Counted from the first letter of the stretch, positions 29,850 through 39,300 are shown. The stretch is 64,000 nt of DNA from Alphaproteobacteria bacterium (GCA_022825705.1 JAJDWH010000001.1:57418-121417); one strand, 5' to 3'. Numbers and translations: made by a program. The notes: generated from the letters alone by a model not told the origin.

Positions 29850-31421
29850 ATGAACGCCACCGCGCGGCCGCCAGTCCCCTTTGAGAACTGGACCATCACC
29901 AAACCCGCCAGACGCGGCCGCAAGGGAGTCGTGGTCGCACAGGAAGCCGAAGCGGCGGGGATCGGTGCGGACATGTTCGAAAGCGGCGGAAACGCTGTGG
30001 ATGCGGCCATCGCAACCGCGCTCGCGCTGTCCGTCACCGAGCCGTGGATGAGCGGGTTGGGTGGTGGCGGCTTCATGGTCGCCTACATCGCTTCAGAGCG
30101 CGCCGTGAAGGTCATCGACTTCGGCATGGTTGCCCCCGGTCAGCTCGATCCTTCCGACTTCCCGCTGACCGGCTCTCAGGGGGCCGAGATGTTCGGATGG
30201 CCGCAGGTGAAAGACGACGCCAACATTCACGGCCCCAAATCGATAGCAGTCCCGGGCGCTGTTGCGGGCTACGGGTTGGCGGCTGCGACATTCGGGCGCA
30301 GGCCGTGGTCTGAGCTCGTTGACCCTGCCATCGAACTCGCGGACCGGGGGCACCGCGTGACGTGGTGGACCACCCTTCAGGTTGCTGCGGAGGCCGGTTT
30401 GCTGGCCCGGTATCCGGCTTCCAGAGCCGTCTGGCTGCCGGGCGGTTTTCCGCCGTCGATGCTCCCGGCGACAACGACGTCGTTTCTCTCGATGCAGGCA
30501 CTGGCGCAATCGTTGCGGGTGCTGGCCGACGAGGGCCCGCGGAGCCTCTATGAAGGAACGCTGGCCCGGTCCGTGGCAACCGACGTGAAAGCAGCGGGCG
30601 GATACCTTTCGGAGGCAGACCTTGCAGCGTATTCCGCCCGACTCACGGAGCCGCTCCAGCTCGCACGCGGGGAAGCGGTCTACCATCTACCTCGAGGTCT
30701 GACCGCCGGGCCAACGTTTGCGCAGGCCCTGTCGCAGCTTTCGGCCTTCAAATCGCGCAAGCCGGACGCCGTTACCTACCGCGCCTATGCCACAGCGCTG
30801 GTTGATGCCTATCGAGGCAGGCTAGAAAGCTTGGGGCATGCCGGTGACGACGGCACCCAGAGCTGCACAACCCATATCTCCGCAGCCGACGCCGATGGCA
30901 ACCTCGTCATGCTGACCACGACACTGCTGTCTCCGTTCGGTTCACGAATGGTGCTGCCGGGCAGCGGGATCCTGATGAACAATGGCATCAACTGGTTCGA
31001 CCCGCGGCCGGGCAGGCCCAATTCGCTGGCCCCCGGCAAGCGTCCGTTGTCCAACATGTGTCCCATGGTGGCAACGCGAAATGGCGCGCCATGGTTCGGA
31101 TACGGTGCTTCAGGCGGTCGCAAGATCATGCCGGCGGTGTTTCAACTCGCATCCTTTACGAACGATTTCGGCATGGACCTGGAAACCGCGCTTGCCCATC
31201 CGCGACTCGACGCGAGCGACATCGACACGCTGATTCATGATGGGCGCCTCGACACTGCGGTGGCTGCCGCGATCAATGCCGTTGCCCCATCGACTGCCTG
31301 GGGTCCGACCACGTTTCCTTCCATGTACGCCAATCCTTCCGGCGTGGCGATCACGGTCGACGGGGAGTGTCTCGGCGCCGTACATCCGTATTCACCGGTC
31401 AGTGGCGTAGCGGCCGCATAG
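29850..31421 (+). CDS. ggt: Gamma-glutamyltransferase family protein
   Basis: 523 aa. GGNAVDAAIA, GLGGGGFM and the nucleophile region CTTHISAADADGN are present. Confidence 0.85.
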   Translation: MNATARPPVPFENWTITKPARRGRKGVVVAQEAEAAGIGADMFESGGNAVDAAIATALALSVTEPWMSGLGGGGFMVAYIASERAVKVIDFGMVAPGQLDPSDFPLTGSQGAEMFGWPQVKDDANIHGPKSIAVPGAVAGYGLAAATFGRRPWSELVDPAIELADRGHRVTWWTTLQVAAEAGLLARYPASRAVWLPGGFPPSMLPATTTSFLSMQALAQSLRVLADEGPRSLYEGTLARSVATDVKAAGGYLSEADLAAYSARLTEPLQLARGEAVYHLPRGLTAGPTFAQALSQLSAFKSRKPDAVTYRAYATALVDAYRGRLESLGHAGDDGTQSCTTHISAADADGNLVMLTTTLLSPFGSRMVLPGSGILMNNGINWFDPRPGRPNSLAPGKRPLSNMCPMVATRNGAPWFGYGASGGRKIMPAVFQLASFTNDFGMDLETALAHPRLDASDIDTLIHDGRLDTAVAAAINAVAPSTAWGPTTFPSMYANPSGVAITVDGECLGAVHPYSPVSGVAAA

Positions 31422-31623
31422 GTTTTTCGCGCGCTGCCAACAAGAAACGTGTATTTCGACTCACATCCACAACATTCATCCGACCTGGTCCCGTTAAAAC
31501 GGTGTTCGGGCGAGCCACGCTTCCGGTAATCCGCGTGTATAAGTTCGGCCACACCTTCGGCGCCTGCGAGACCAATCCCACGCTCGCGAGCGCCGCAACC
31601 TTCATTCTTCGAGACGCTTTGCG

Positions 31624-32934
31624 ATGATTCCCCGCTACGCCCGCGCCGAGATGGCCCGCCTCTGGGAGCCGGAAACAAAGTTTTCGATCTGGCTCGAGAT
31701 CGAGGCCCTGGCCTGCGAAAAGCAGGAACAGCTGGGGACCATTCCCCGCGGCGTGGCCGAGAAGTTGCGACAGCGTGGACGCGTCGATATCCCGCGCATC
31801 GACGCCATCGAGCAAGAGGTTCGCCATGACGTCGTCGCTTTCCTGACCAGCTTGGCCGAGCAGGTTGGAGAAGAATCACGCTTCGTGCATCACGGCATGA
31901 CGTCGTCGGACGTTCTCGATACGTGCTTTGCCGTGCAGCTGACTCGAGCGGCCGATTTTCTGCTGAAAGACCTGGACGAACTCCTGATCGCCCTTCGCAC
32001 TCGGGCGCACGAGGCCAAGGACATGGTCTGCATCGGCCGCTCACACGGCATCCACGCCGAGCCAACCACCATGGGCCTCAAGTTTGCGCAGGCCTACGCG
32101 GAATTCGATCGGAACCGGGACCGGCTGCGCTCGGCCCGGGAAGCTGTCGCGACATGCAAGATGTCTGGTGCCGTCGGTACTTACGCCTCGATCTCCCCGG
32201 AAGTCGAGGCCCATGTCGCCAATCAGCTGGGGCTCGTGCCCGAACCCGTTTCGACACAAGTCGTGCCACGCGACCGACATGCCATGTACTTCGCAACGCT
32301 TGCCGTCATCGCGAGCTCGGTTGAGCGGGTTGCGACCGAGATCCGACATTTGCAGCGGACCGAAGTGCGGGAAGTGGAGGAGGCGTTTTCCGAGCGGCAG
32401 AAAGGGAGCTCGGCAATGCCGCACAAGCGAAACCCCGTGCTCTCGGAAAACCTGACCGGATTGGCCCGCCTCGTCCGCTCGATGGCGTTTCCAGCACTGG
32501 AGAACGTGGCCTTGTGGCACGAGCGCGATATTTCGCATTCCTCGGTCGAGCGCATGATCGCCCCTGACGCCACGATCACGCTTGATTTCGCCCTGGCCCG
32601 CTTAACGAATGTGATCAGGGACTTGGTGCTGTACCCCGAAAACATGCGAGCAAATCTCGGCCAGCTTGGCGGCCTGCATGCAAGCCAGGCGGTCCTGCTC
32701 GCTCTTGCTGAAGCGGGAGCCACGCGGGAGGTCGCCTACCGCATCGTTCAGCGCAATGCGATGCGGGCTTGGAGCAAGGAAGGAAGTTTCCGGGATCTGC
32801 TCAGCGGCGACCCAGACGTGACCGCCTATCTCGCGCCGGAAGCATTGGCCGCAGCCTTCGACGATGCCCGGCACGTCCGCAATGTCGACATCGTGTTCGA
32901 ACGCGTGTTCGGCGCCGACGTCATTCCGACATGA
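31624..32934 (+). CDS. purB: Adenylosuccinate lyase
   Basis: 436 aa with the fumarate-lyase signature GSSAMPHKRNP. The N-terminus MIPRYARAEM is typical of PurB. Confidence 0.93.
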   Translation: MIPRYARAEMARLWEPETKFSIWLEIEALACEKQEQLGTIPRGVAEKLRQRGRVDIPRIDAIEQEVRHDVVAFLTSLAEQVGEESRFVHHGMTSSDVLDTCFAVQLTRAADFLLKDLDELLIALRTRAHEAKDMVCIGRSHGIHAEPTTMGLKFAQAYAEFDRNRDRLRSAREAVATCKMSGAVGTYASISPEVEAHVANQLGLVPEPVSTQVVPRDRHAMYFATLAVIASSVERVATEIRHLQRTEVREVEEAFSERQKGSSAMPHKRNPVLSENLTGLARLVRSMAFPALENVALWHERDISHSSVERMIAPDATITLDFALARLTNVIRDLVLYPENMRANLGQLGGLHASQAVLLALAEAGATREVAYRIVQRNAMRAWSKEGSFRDLLSGDPDVTAYLAPEALAAAFDDARHVRNVDIVFERVFGADVIPT

Positions 32935-33241
32935 TCTCGGATCTCGCCTGATCCAGCAGGCGGTCCATCTCGGTCCGAATGTCACTCTCATCCTTGGGCA
33001 TGCCGGCGGCCTCGAAATCGGCCTGCAGCTTCCTGACCACGTCAGCGTCGCCAGGTTCATCAAAGTCGGCCTCTACCACCTCCTGTGCATAGCTGGCCCA
33101 CTCTGTCTCCGGGCGCCCCATGACTTCCGCAGCCCAAATCCCCAGCAGCTTGTTCCGCCGCGCGACCACCCGAAACTGCAACTGCTGATCATGCACATAC
33201 TTCTTCTCGGCTTCGTCCTTGCGATCATCAAACGTGGTCAT
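32921..33241 (-). CDS. DUF1476 protein, zeta-subunit-type inhibitor of F1Fo-ATPase
   Basis: 106 aa. MTTFDDRKDEAEKKYVHDQQLQFRVVARRNKLLGIWAA...ADFDEPGDADVVRKL closely resembles the Paracoccus zeta subunit as I remember it. Confidence 0.8.
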   Translation of the reverse strand: MTTFDDRKDEAEKKYVHDQQLQFRVVARRNKLLGIWAAEVMGRPETEWASYAQEVVEADFDEPGDADVVRKLQADFEAAGMPKDESDIRTEMDRLLDQARSEIMSE

Positions 33242-33529
33242 GATCTCTCTCTCCCGCCACGAGGCTGACGTTTATTCGGATCTCTTTGCTCATGAGCTAT
33301 TCGCATCAACATGCTGTAATACAAAACTGATTCCTTTCCCATCAGCGCCCCAATGAATGAGCGAGCGGGCCTCTCTCTATGGCCGACTGTACGGCGCAAT
33401 GGTCACGATGTCATCGCGCCACAGGCGTCTCCCAGGCACGGCGATGGCACGGCTCGAAGGCGGCCGCGCGCCAGCAATGCTGTGCCCCTGAAATAGCCGC
33501 GCCCGGCTCGCTCCGGCCGAGCCACGCTG

Positions 33530-33949
33530 CTACTGCCTGGGTGATGACGCCGTCGCAGGAGGCTCGCAGGCAACGGTCTCCATCTTCGCCGGAATCGACA
33601 ACTCCAGGATCTTCAGGTCATCCGACGTGCCGATCTCGTTGTGCCGCATTCCGCCAGGGATGAACAGTGATTCGCCTTCTTCAAGCCGGATCGTATCTCC
33701 CGTTTCAAACTCCAGTTCCACCCATCCCTTCAACGAGTAGATGAACTGACCTTCGCAATCGTGGTAGTGCCAGCCGGTCGGCTCCGTCATGCCGCGGATC
33801 GCTGTCATGGTCTGGGCCCGCAGCTTCCCGAGACTGGCTTCCGTCACCCCCAAGTCCTGGTAGGTGAAGAAATCGCGCCGGCCCTGCACGCTCGGAGCGG
33901 TTTCCGGGGTGGCGTGCGCCAGCTTCTGGACTTGTCGGACGTTAGACAT
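33530..33949 (-). CDS. Cupin-domain protein
   Basis: Start at the second ATG (33949), 6 nt after GGAGGAG. The cupin motifs GWHYHDCEGQFIYSLKG and GGMRHNE are present. Confidence 0.7.
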   Translation of the reverse strand: MSNVRQVQKLAHATPETAPSVQGRRDFFTYQDLGVTEASLGKLRAQTMTAIRGMTEPTGWHYHDCEGQFIYSLKGWVELEFETGDTIRLEEGESLFIPGGMRHNEIGTSDDLKILELSIPAKMETVACEPPATASSPRQ

Positions 33950-34142
33950 CGGCATCTCCTCCAAGATGCCCGAAGTGTAACGGCCGGTCGCGCGGTTGCC
34001 CAGAAAGACAGACGCAGGTTTCCGGGACACGCAGCAAGATTGTCCGCAACGGTTCCCCGATCCGGCGTCACCGGACCGGTCGCGTGATCCTCGGGACCTC
34101 ATTGGGTACGATTCCGGGGAATCCCGTCCAGGTGTGGCCACG

Positions 34143-34913
34143 ATGTGCACACTCGCCCTGCTCTTGCGCCCTGATCACAGCTGGCCCGTGATCATCGGGG
34201 CCAATCGCGATGAACTCGTCTCGCGGGCATGGAAGCCTCCGGGCCGTCACTGGCCGGCCCGGCCTGCCGTATTCGGTGGCGTCGACCTGGAGAGAAACGG
34301 GACCTGGCTCGCCGTGAACGACGCCAACGTCATGGCGATGCTCCTCAATCGCCCCGTCCCGGATCCGCTCACACCTGGGTTTCGAACGCGCGGCGACCTG
34401 CCCTTGCTCGCGCTCGGTCATGAATCGGCGATGGACGCAGCGGCAGCCGTGATGCAGCTGGACGCAAGGCAATGGAAACCGTTCAACCTCGTTATCGCAG
34501 ACCGGAACACCGCCATTTGGATCCGGGGTCAGGGCACCCTCACCCAACATCGGTTTCCAACCGGTCTCTCGCTGCTAGCCAACGGCGAACTGAACGCAAT
34601 GTCGCATGCGCGGATCGGCACTTATCGCCCGTTGTTCGAGCGCGCTGCAGCGCCTGACCCGGACAGGGATCGCTGGGATGAATGGGCCCAACTGCTTGGA
34701 CAGGCGCCGGTTCCCGGTGGCTCGCCCGATGGCGGCATGGTGATCCCCGTTGATCACCGGGGATTCGGGACGGTTTCCAGCACTATGCTCGCCATTCCGG
34801 CCGATCCCGGCGCCCGCACCGCCTGGAAATTCGCGCCCGGACCACCCGATCAAAGCGTGTTCACCTCTCTTGAGACCGGATGCTCCGGCCCGGGGCGCCG
34901 AGCGCCGCGTTGA
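34143..34913 (+). CDS. NRDE family protein (TANGO2-like, DUF833)
   Basis: Internal ATG 34143 gives MCTLALLL...IIGANRDE, the N-terminal Cys and NRDE motif that define the family. Confidence 0.7.
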   Translation: MCTLALLLRPDHSWPVIIGANRDELVSRAWKPPGRHWPARPAVFGGVDLERNGTWLAVNDANVMAMLLNRPVPDPLTPGFRTRGDLPLLALGHESAMDAAAAVMQLDARQWKPFNLVIADRNTAIWIRGQGTLTQHRFPTGLSLLANGELNAMSHARIGTYRPLFERAAAPDPDRDRWDEWAQLLGQAPVPGGSPDGGMVIPVDHRGFGTVSSTMLAIPADPGARTAWKFAPGPPDQSVFTSLETGCSGPGRRAPR

Positions 34914-35000
34914 CTCGACCTCCCGATCGGCACATCTTCCCGACTTGAGCTTGGCCAGAAGCCGACGAGCTTGTGGCAAACCTGTTCAGGGAACCATTCG

Positions 35001-35612
35001 ATGCGTTACCTATGTCTCTTCGCGCTCGCGCTGGTACTTGCCGCAACGGTCCCAGAAACTGCGACGGCCCAAACCGCCGCGTCTGGAAGCGAAACCATCG
35101 ATCTTCGCCGCGAGAGCATGGCGGCGATGTGGCAACGCCTCGATCGGCTGTCCGCACTGATCACGGAATCGCGGGCAGACGTCAGTGCGACCGGGGAACA
35201 GATCATCGTTCAACCGGAACAGATGTCGCCCACTGAAGTCTACGCGTTGGTCCACGGGACTGAGCCTTCCACCGATGCTCGCGACATTGCCGATCTCCTT
35301 GATCATGTGCGGACTCTCTGGCCGTCCAACACCAACCGCGGATGGCACGGGGCGACCCGAGCGGAACCGGTTATCTGGGTACTACCGGGAGTGTTTCAGC
35401 GGTACTTTGACGACACGATTAACGCCTCCGTGTCGCTGGTCGAGGCCCTGTCCGGTGATGATGGCCCTGCAGCACAGCGCTCCGTTTGTGAGCTGAGCCG
35501 CACATGCGGCCGCTGTCACTCGATCTTCCGGCGGGTTACCCACGGCGATCTAAAGGTGGAAGGCAACGGATGGACCGGAAATTATGCTGCTTGCCGAGGG
35601 CTCACGTTCTGA
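35001..35612 (+). CDS. Exported class II (cytochrome c'-like) haem protein with insertions
   Basis: ATG 35001 was used. The signal peptide is MRYLCLFALALVLAATVPETATA. A single CGRCH haem site, followed by IFR, sits about 35 residues from the C-terminus. The N-terminal helix IDLRRESMAAMWQRL resembles cytochrome c'. Confidence 0.5.
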   Translation: MRYLCLFALALVLAATVPETATAQTAASGSETIDLRRESMAAMWQRLDRLSALITESRADVSATGEQIIVQPEQMSPTEVYALVHGTEPSTDARDIADLLDHVRTLWPSNTNRGWHGATRAEPVIWVLPGVFQRYFDDTINASVSLVEALSGDDGPAAQRSVCELSRTCGRCHSIFRRVTHGDLKVEGNGWTGNYAACRGLTF

Positions 35613-35669
35613 TTGGCGCCGCCGGACAGCGACGACCGCAGACGGCCGTCGCCGAGTCCAGACAGTCGC

Positions 35670-35996
35670 CTAGTGGGCGCCGGTAGCCAACGACGTTCGA
35701 CAGCCGGCGAGCGCATCGCGCAGGCGCGATTCGTCGCCGGCGGCGGTGTAAGCACGCGCCGCCCGCCTGCCCTTTTCGATCTCTGGGTCCACGAGGCTCG
35801 CATCTAGCTGCAGTTCGCCGATCCGCGTGTGCAACGCGGACATCAGCGTCTCCGCAGCCGCTGAGTCGCCGGCCTCCGACGCGCCTTCGGACACGCCCGC
35901 ACACCAAGCCAGGTGGGCCCCGTGTGCAGCAGTTTCCACTGCAGTCGCCAAACCCGGGGCGGCCATGAGAACCATCCCCAGCACGACACCGGTCAA
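35670..35996 (-). CDS. Hypothetical small (possibly exported) protein, start unresolved
   Basis: The ORF is open to 36131, but the upstream ATGs overlap the dehalogenase gene. TTG 35996, GTG 35984 and ATG 35975 all precede the hydrophobic segment VVLGMVLMAAPGLATA. Third-position GC looks coding-like by hand count. No family recognised. Confidence 0.3.
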   Translation of the reverse strand: MTGVVLGMVLMAAPGLATAVETAAHGAHLAWCAGVSEGASEAGDSAAAETLMSALHTRIGELQLDASLVDPEIEKGRRAARAYTAAGDESRLRDALAGCRTSLATGAH

Positions 35997-36051
35997 GTGA
36001 CGATGCCCACCGCTCGGCCCGGCTCCGCGCGGCTGCCGAATTTCCGGCAGC

Positions 36052-36945
36052 CTACGGGAGCGTGTCAAACCAGTTCTGAAGTGCATGGCCGATCTCATGG
36101 GGAGAATCCTCCTGAATGAAATGGCTGCCACTGACCGTCACTTCCGTCTGGTTCCTCCAAGTCCGGCAAAATTTGCGTTGGGGCCCCACCAGAATGGCGC
36201 CGGGTTCCGCGTTCACGAAGAGCTTCGGGAAATCCGTTTCCGGCAGCCAGCCTGCGTACTCCTCGACGATTGCGCAGACATCAGCTGGTGTGCCGCCAAC
36301 CGGAATCTCGCGCGGCCAGGTGAGCGTCGGACGGCGTGACTCGCCTGGCTCAACGAAGGGACGGCGGTATACCTCCATTTCCGCGTCGGACATCTTTCGC
36401 AGCACAGAACCGGGCAGCACACGCTCGACAAACAGGTTGCGGTCCAGAATGAGCTCCTCCCCCTTCGGCGAGCGGAAGCCCTGGAAGATTCCCCGCGAAG
36501 CTTCGGGCCACTCGTCCCAGTCCACGGTACGGACGATCGCCTCCATGTAGGCGATGCCGCGAACGGCTCCGGGATGTCGAACCGCCCAGTGGAAACCGAG
36601 TGCCGAGCCCCAATCATGCACCACGAGCGTGAGGCGGTCACCGATACCCAACGCCTCGATGAAGCCGTCCACGTACTTGCGGTGATCGCGAAACCGGTAG
36701 GTGCCGGGCCCGGTCTCCGGCAGTGGATCAGAATCCCCCATTCCGACCAGGTCCGGCGCCAGGCACCGCGCCCGATCTGACAGATGCGGGATGATGTTTC
36801 TCCACAGATAGGCAGACGTGGGATTCCCGTGCAGGAACAGGACCGGATCACCGCTCCCTTCGTCGACGTACGCCAGCTCCAGACCCGCAACCTCGATGCG
36901 CTTCTTGGGCAATTCCCCGCTGGCAATCTCTTTCACAGCAGCCAT
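36052..36945 (-). CDS. Haloalkane dehalogenase (HLD-II-like alpha/beta hydrolase)
   Basis: Internal ATG 36945 gives 297 aa. HGNPTSAYLWRNIIP, the nucleophile elbow VVHDWGSALG and GSHFIQEDSP are present. Confidence 0.85.
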   Translation of the reverse strand: MAAVKEIASGELPKKRIEVAGLELAYVDEGSGDPVLFLHGNPTSAYLWRNIIPHLSDRARCLAPDLVGMGDSDPLPETGPGTYRFRDHRKYVDGFIEALGIGDRLTLVVHDWGSALGFHWAVRHPGAVRGIAYMEAIVRTVDWDEWPEASRGIFQGFRSPKGEELILDRNLFVERVLPGSVLRKMSDAEMEVYRRPFVEPGESRRPTLTWPREIPVGGTPADVCAIVEEYAGWLPETDFPKLFVNAEPGAILVGPQRKFCRTWRNQTEVTVSGSHFIQEDSPHEIGHALQNWFDTLP

Positions 36946-36952
36946 GGACCCG

Positions 36953-37750
36953 TCAGCCTCCGACAAACGCGGGCGCCCGCTTCTCGGCAAATGCCGAGAC
37001 GCCCTCGATGCCGTCAGGACTCTGGACCGCCCGGGAAATTTCGCGCGATTCCGCATCCATCTGGCTTTCCAGCGTCCCGCCGGCCGAAGCCAGCAAGAGA
37101 CGCTTGACTGCTCCGTACGCCTCGGTGGGACCGGCCGCCAGGTGCTCGACCTGCCGAGCCACCTCTGCATCGAGCTGGTCGTCATCGCAGACACGATCGA
37201 TCATGTTCATCGCCAGTGCCTCTTCAGCCGTAAAGCGACGATTCGTCAACATGAGCTCGCGCGCCCGTCGAAGCCCCACGAGCCGAGGCAGGAAGTACGT
37301 CGAGCTCCCGTCGGGAGACAGTCCGGCAGCGGTATAGGCCAAGGAGAACTTCACGGAGCGGGCTGCGAACACCAGGTCGCAACTCATCGCCAGCGACAGT
37401 CCGCCGCCCGCGGCGGTTCCCTGGATCTTGCAGACGACCGGTGCTGCCATGCGGTTGAAGTGGGAAATTGCGCCGTGCAGATAGGTGGTCATTCGGAGAA
37501 TCTCCGTGCCCAGCTCCGAGCGCTGTTCATGGAAACTGACGAAGTGCTTGAGGTCACCGCCGGCGCAGAACATGGGGCCCCGAGCCTCCAGCAGCACCAC
37601 CCTGACCTGCGGGTCGCCCGCCGCCGCCACGGCCGCGTCGTACAACTCCTTCGTGGTATCGAGATCCAGAGCGTTTGCCTCGTCAGGCCGGTTCAGCAAG
37701 ATGCGGCCAACCGCACCCTCACTCTCATACAAGACTTTACGGGCTCCCAT
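36953..37750 (-). CDS. Enoyl-CoA hydratase/isomerase (crotonase) family protein
   Basis: Internal ATG 37750 gives 265 aa. GRILLNRPDEANALD, FCAGGDL and GTAAGGG are present. Confidence 0.85.
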   Translation of the reverse strand: MGARKVLYESEGAVGRILLNRPDEANALDLDTTKELYDAAVAAAGDPQVRVVLLEARGPMFCAGGDLKHFVSFHEQRSELGTEILRMTTYLHGAISHFNRMAAPVVCKIQGTAAGGGLSLAMSCDLVFAARSVKFSLAYTAAGLSPDGSSTYFLPRLVGLRRARELMLTNRRFTAEEALAMNMIDRVCDDDQLDAEVARQVEHLAAGPTEAYGAVKRLLLASAGGTLESQMDAESREISRAVQSPDGIEGVSAFAEKRAPAFVGG

Positions 37751-37808
37751 ATTCCTGATTCCTCTTGTGAATGAACATGAAGCGACAGCGGGGTGGATGC
37801 GCACCAAC

Positions 37809-38549
37809 CTACCAAGGCTCGGCCCAGGGTCGCAGGTCGAACTCGAAACTCCACGCGCTCCGGGGCTGCTTATGCACTGACCAGTAGGCCTCTGCAATGT
37901 CCTTCGGGTCCAGCACATTGGGCTTCAATGGACGGGTCTCGAGCAGGTCCTGGCGGTGCTCGCGAATGAATGCCGTGTCGATGGGCCCATCGATCACCGA
38001 ATGCGCCACGTGAATTCCCTGCGGACCAAGTTCCCGCGCCATGGATTGCGCCAGCGCCCGCAACGCAAACTTGGCACCGGCAAATGCCGCAAAGCCACTG
38101 CTGCCGCGTAGCGAAGCGGTCGCTCCAGTGAAGAAAATGCTTCCCGACCGGCGAGGCACCATGCGGCGCGCGGCTTCGCGGCCGGTCAGAAACCCTGCGT
38201 ACGCGGCCAGTTCCCAGATCTTTCGATAGACGCGGCCGGTTGTCTCGACGATCGGGTATTGGACGTTGGGCCCGATATTGAACACCACCACTGCGAGCGG
38301 TCCGATGTCGCGCTCGACATCTGCGAACAACGTGACCACCTGGTCCTCGATGCGAGGATCGAGCGCGAACGGATGAACGGCCAGATCCTCCGAGCGCATC
38401 CGCTCCACCAGACCGGTCAGCCGATCCAGCTTCCGCCGGGTCACGACGGCGGTGTAGCCGCCGCGTGCAAAGCGGGTCGCCACCGCTCCGCCGGTGGCAT
38501 CGCCGGCACCTACCACCAGGATCACTTCCCGAGCATCAGCTCGAATCAT
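37809..38549 (-). CDS. Short-chain dehydrogenase/reductase-fold protein with an atypical active-site motif
   Basis: Internal ATG 38549 was used. The Rossmann motif VVGAGDATGGA is present. FAGAK sits at the position where YxxxK is expected. Confidence 0.7.
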   Translation of the reverse strand: MIRADAREVILVVGAGDATGGAVATRFARGGYTAVVTRRKLDRLTGLVERMRSEDLAVHPFALDPRIEDQVVTLFADVERDIGPLAVVVFNIGPNVQYPIVETTGRVYRKIWELAAYAGFLTGREAARRMVPRRSGSIFFTGATASLRGSSGFAAFAGAKFALRALAQSMARELGPQGIHVAHSVIDGPIDTAFIREHRQDLLETRPLKPNVLDPKDIAEAYWSVHKQPRSAWSFEFDLRPWAEPW

Positions 38550-38640
38550 CAATCTGTCTCCGGGCCACAAAGTGCAAATCCGCCTGGCAAGGGTGCCCGT
38601 GAAACCCCCTCACCCGCAACGGTTTATGCTCCACGGGAAA

Positions 38641-39048
38641 ATGGCCAATCTGATCCACCCGCGAACCCGCCTGCGGGGCATCGGCGGGGTTCTGGCGGTC
38701 TTGTTCGCCGGCCTGACTCCTGAAGCTCGCGCCGCGGAGAAATGGCCGGTGGAACCGGTGGAGGTGACTCCGCCGCTTTGCAACCGATTTCAACACAACG
38801 GCAAGCTTGCATGCACCAACATCGTGGAAGTCGTGGTACGAATTCCCGATGCCGCCAGCAATCCCGGCCTAGTGCGTTGCGTGCTGTATTCGGAAGAACA
38901 GCAGGTGCTCGGCACCGGAGAAGCGATCCTCCGTCCGCCGGAAGGCAGGCTCTGGGTCGTGCTGCGTGCGAGGGCCCGGTTCGGCGTCACCACCCTGCAT
39001 GCGCGGACAGCCTGCACCATCCAGCCTCCCTATTGGGTCCGCGAATGA
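38641..39048 (+). CDS. Hypothetical exported protein
   Basis: ATG 38641 gives MANLIHPRTRLRGIGGVLAVLFAGLTPEARA-AE, which looks like a signal peptide. The mature part has 4 Cys. No family recognised. ATG 38626 is an alternative start. Confidence 0.4.
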   Translation: MANLIHPRTRLRGIGGVLAVLFAGLTPEARAAEKWPVEPVEVTPPLCNRFQHNGKLACTNIVEVVVRIPDAASNPGLVRCVLYSEEQQVLGTGEAILRPPEGRLWVVLRARARFGVTTLHARTACTIQPPYWVRE

Positions 39049-39186
39049 AGCAGATGATCTGGACAGATTGATTCGGCGACGCCTTCACCATTCGGAGGCC
39101 CGCGCACGAGGCTGGCCGTGAGCGAGGTCAGCGGAGCGTGGGTCGGCCTTCCGCCGACCGATGCAGACGCCGCCCTGAGCGCTGGT

Positions 39187-39214
39187 TTGACGTCCAGAAC
39201 AAATGGTGGATACT
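39187..39214 (+). promoter_or_regulatory. Candidate sigma-70-type promoter for rplU-rpmA
   Basis: TTGACG at 39187..39192, a 16-nt spacer, then GATACT at 39209..39214, about 87 nt upstream of the rplU ATG. Confidence 0.3.
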
Positions 39215-39300
39215 GCGATCCGTCCAGTGAAGCGCCGGCTGTGGCTCAGGCTGATTTCGCTGATTGCTCCTTTCAGTCTCGATGGTTTGGATTGCTGGCC

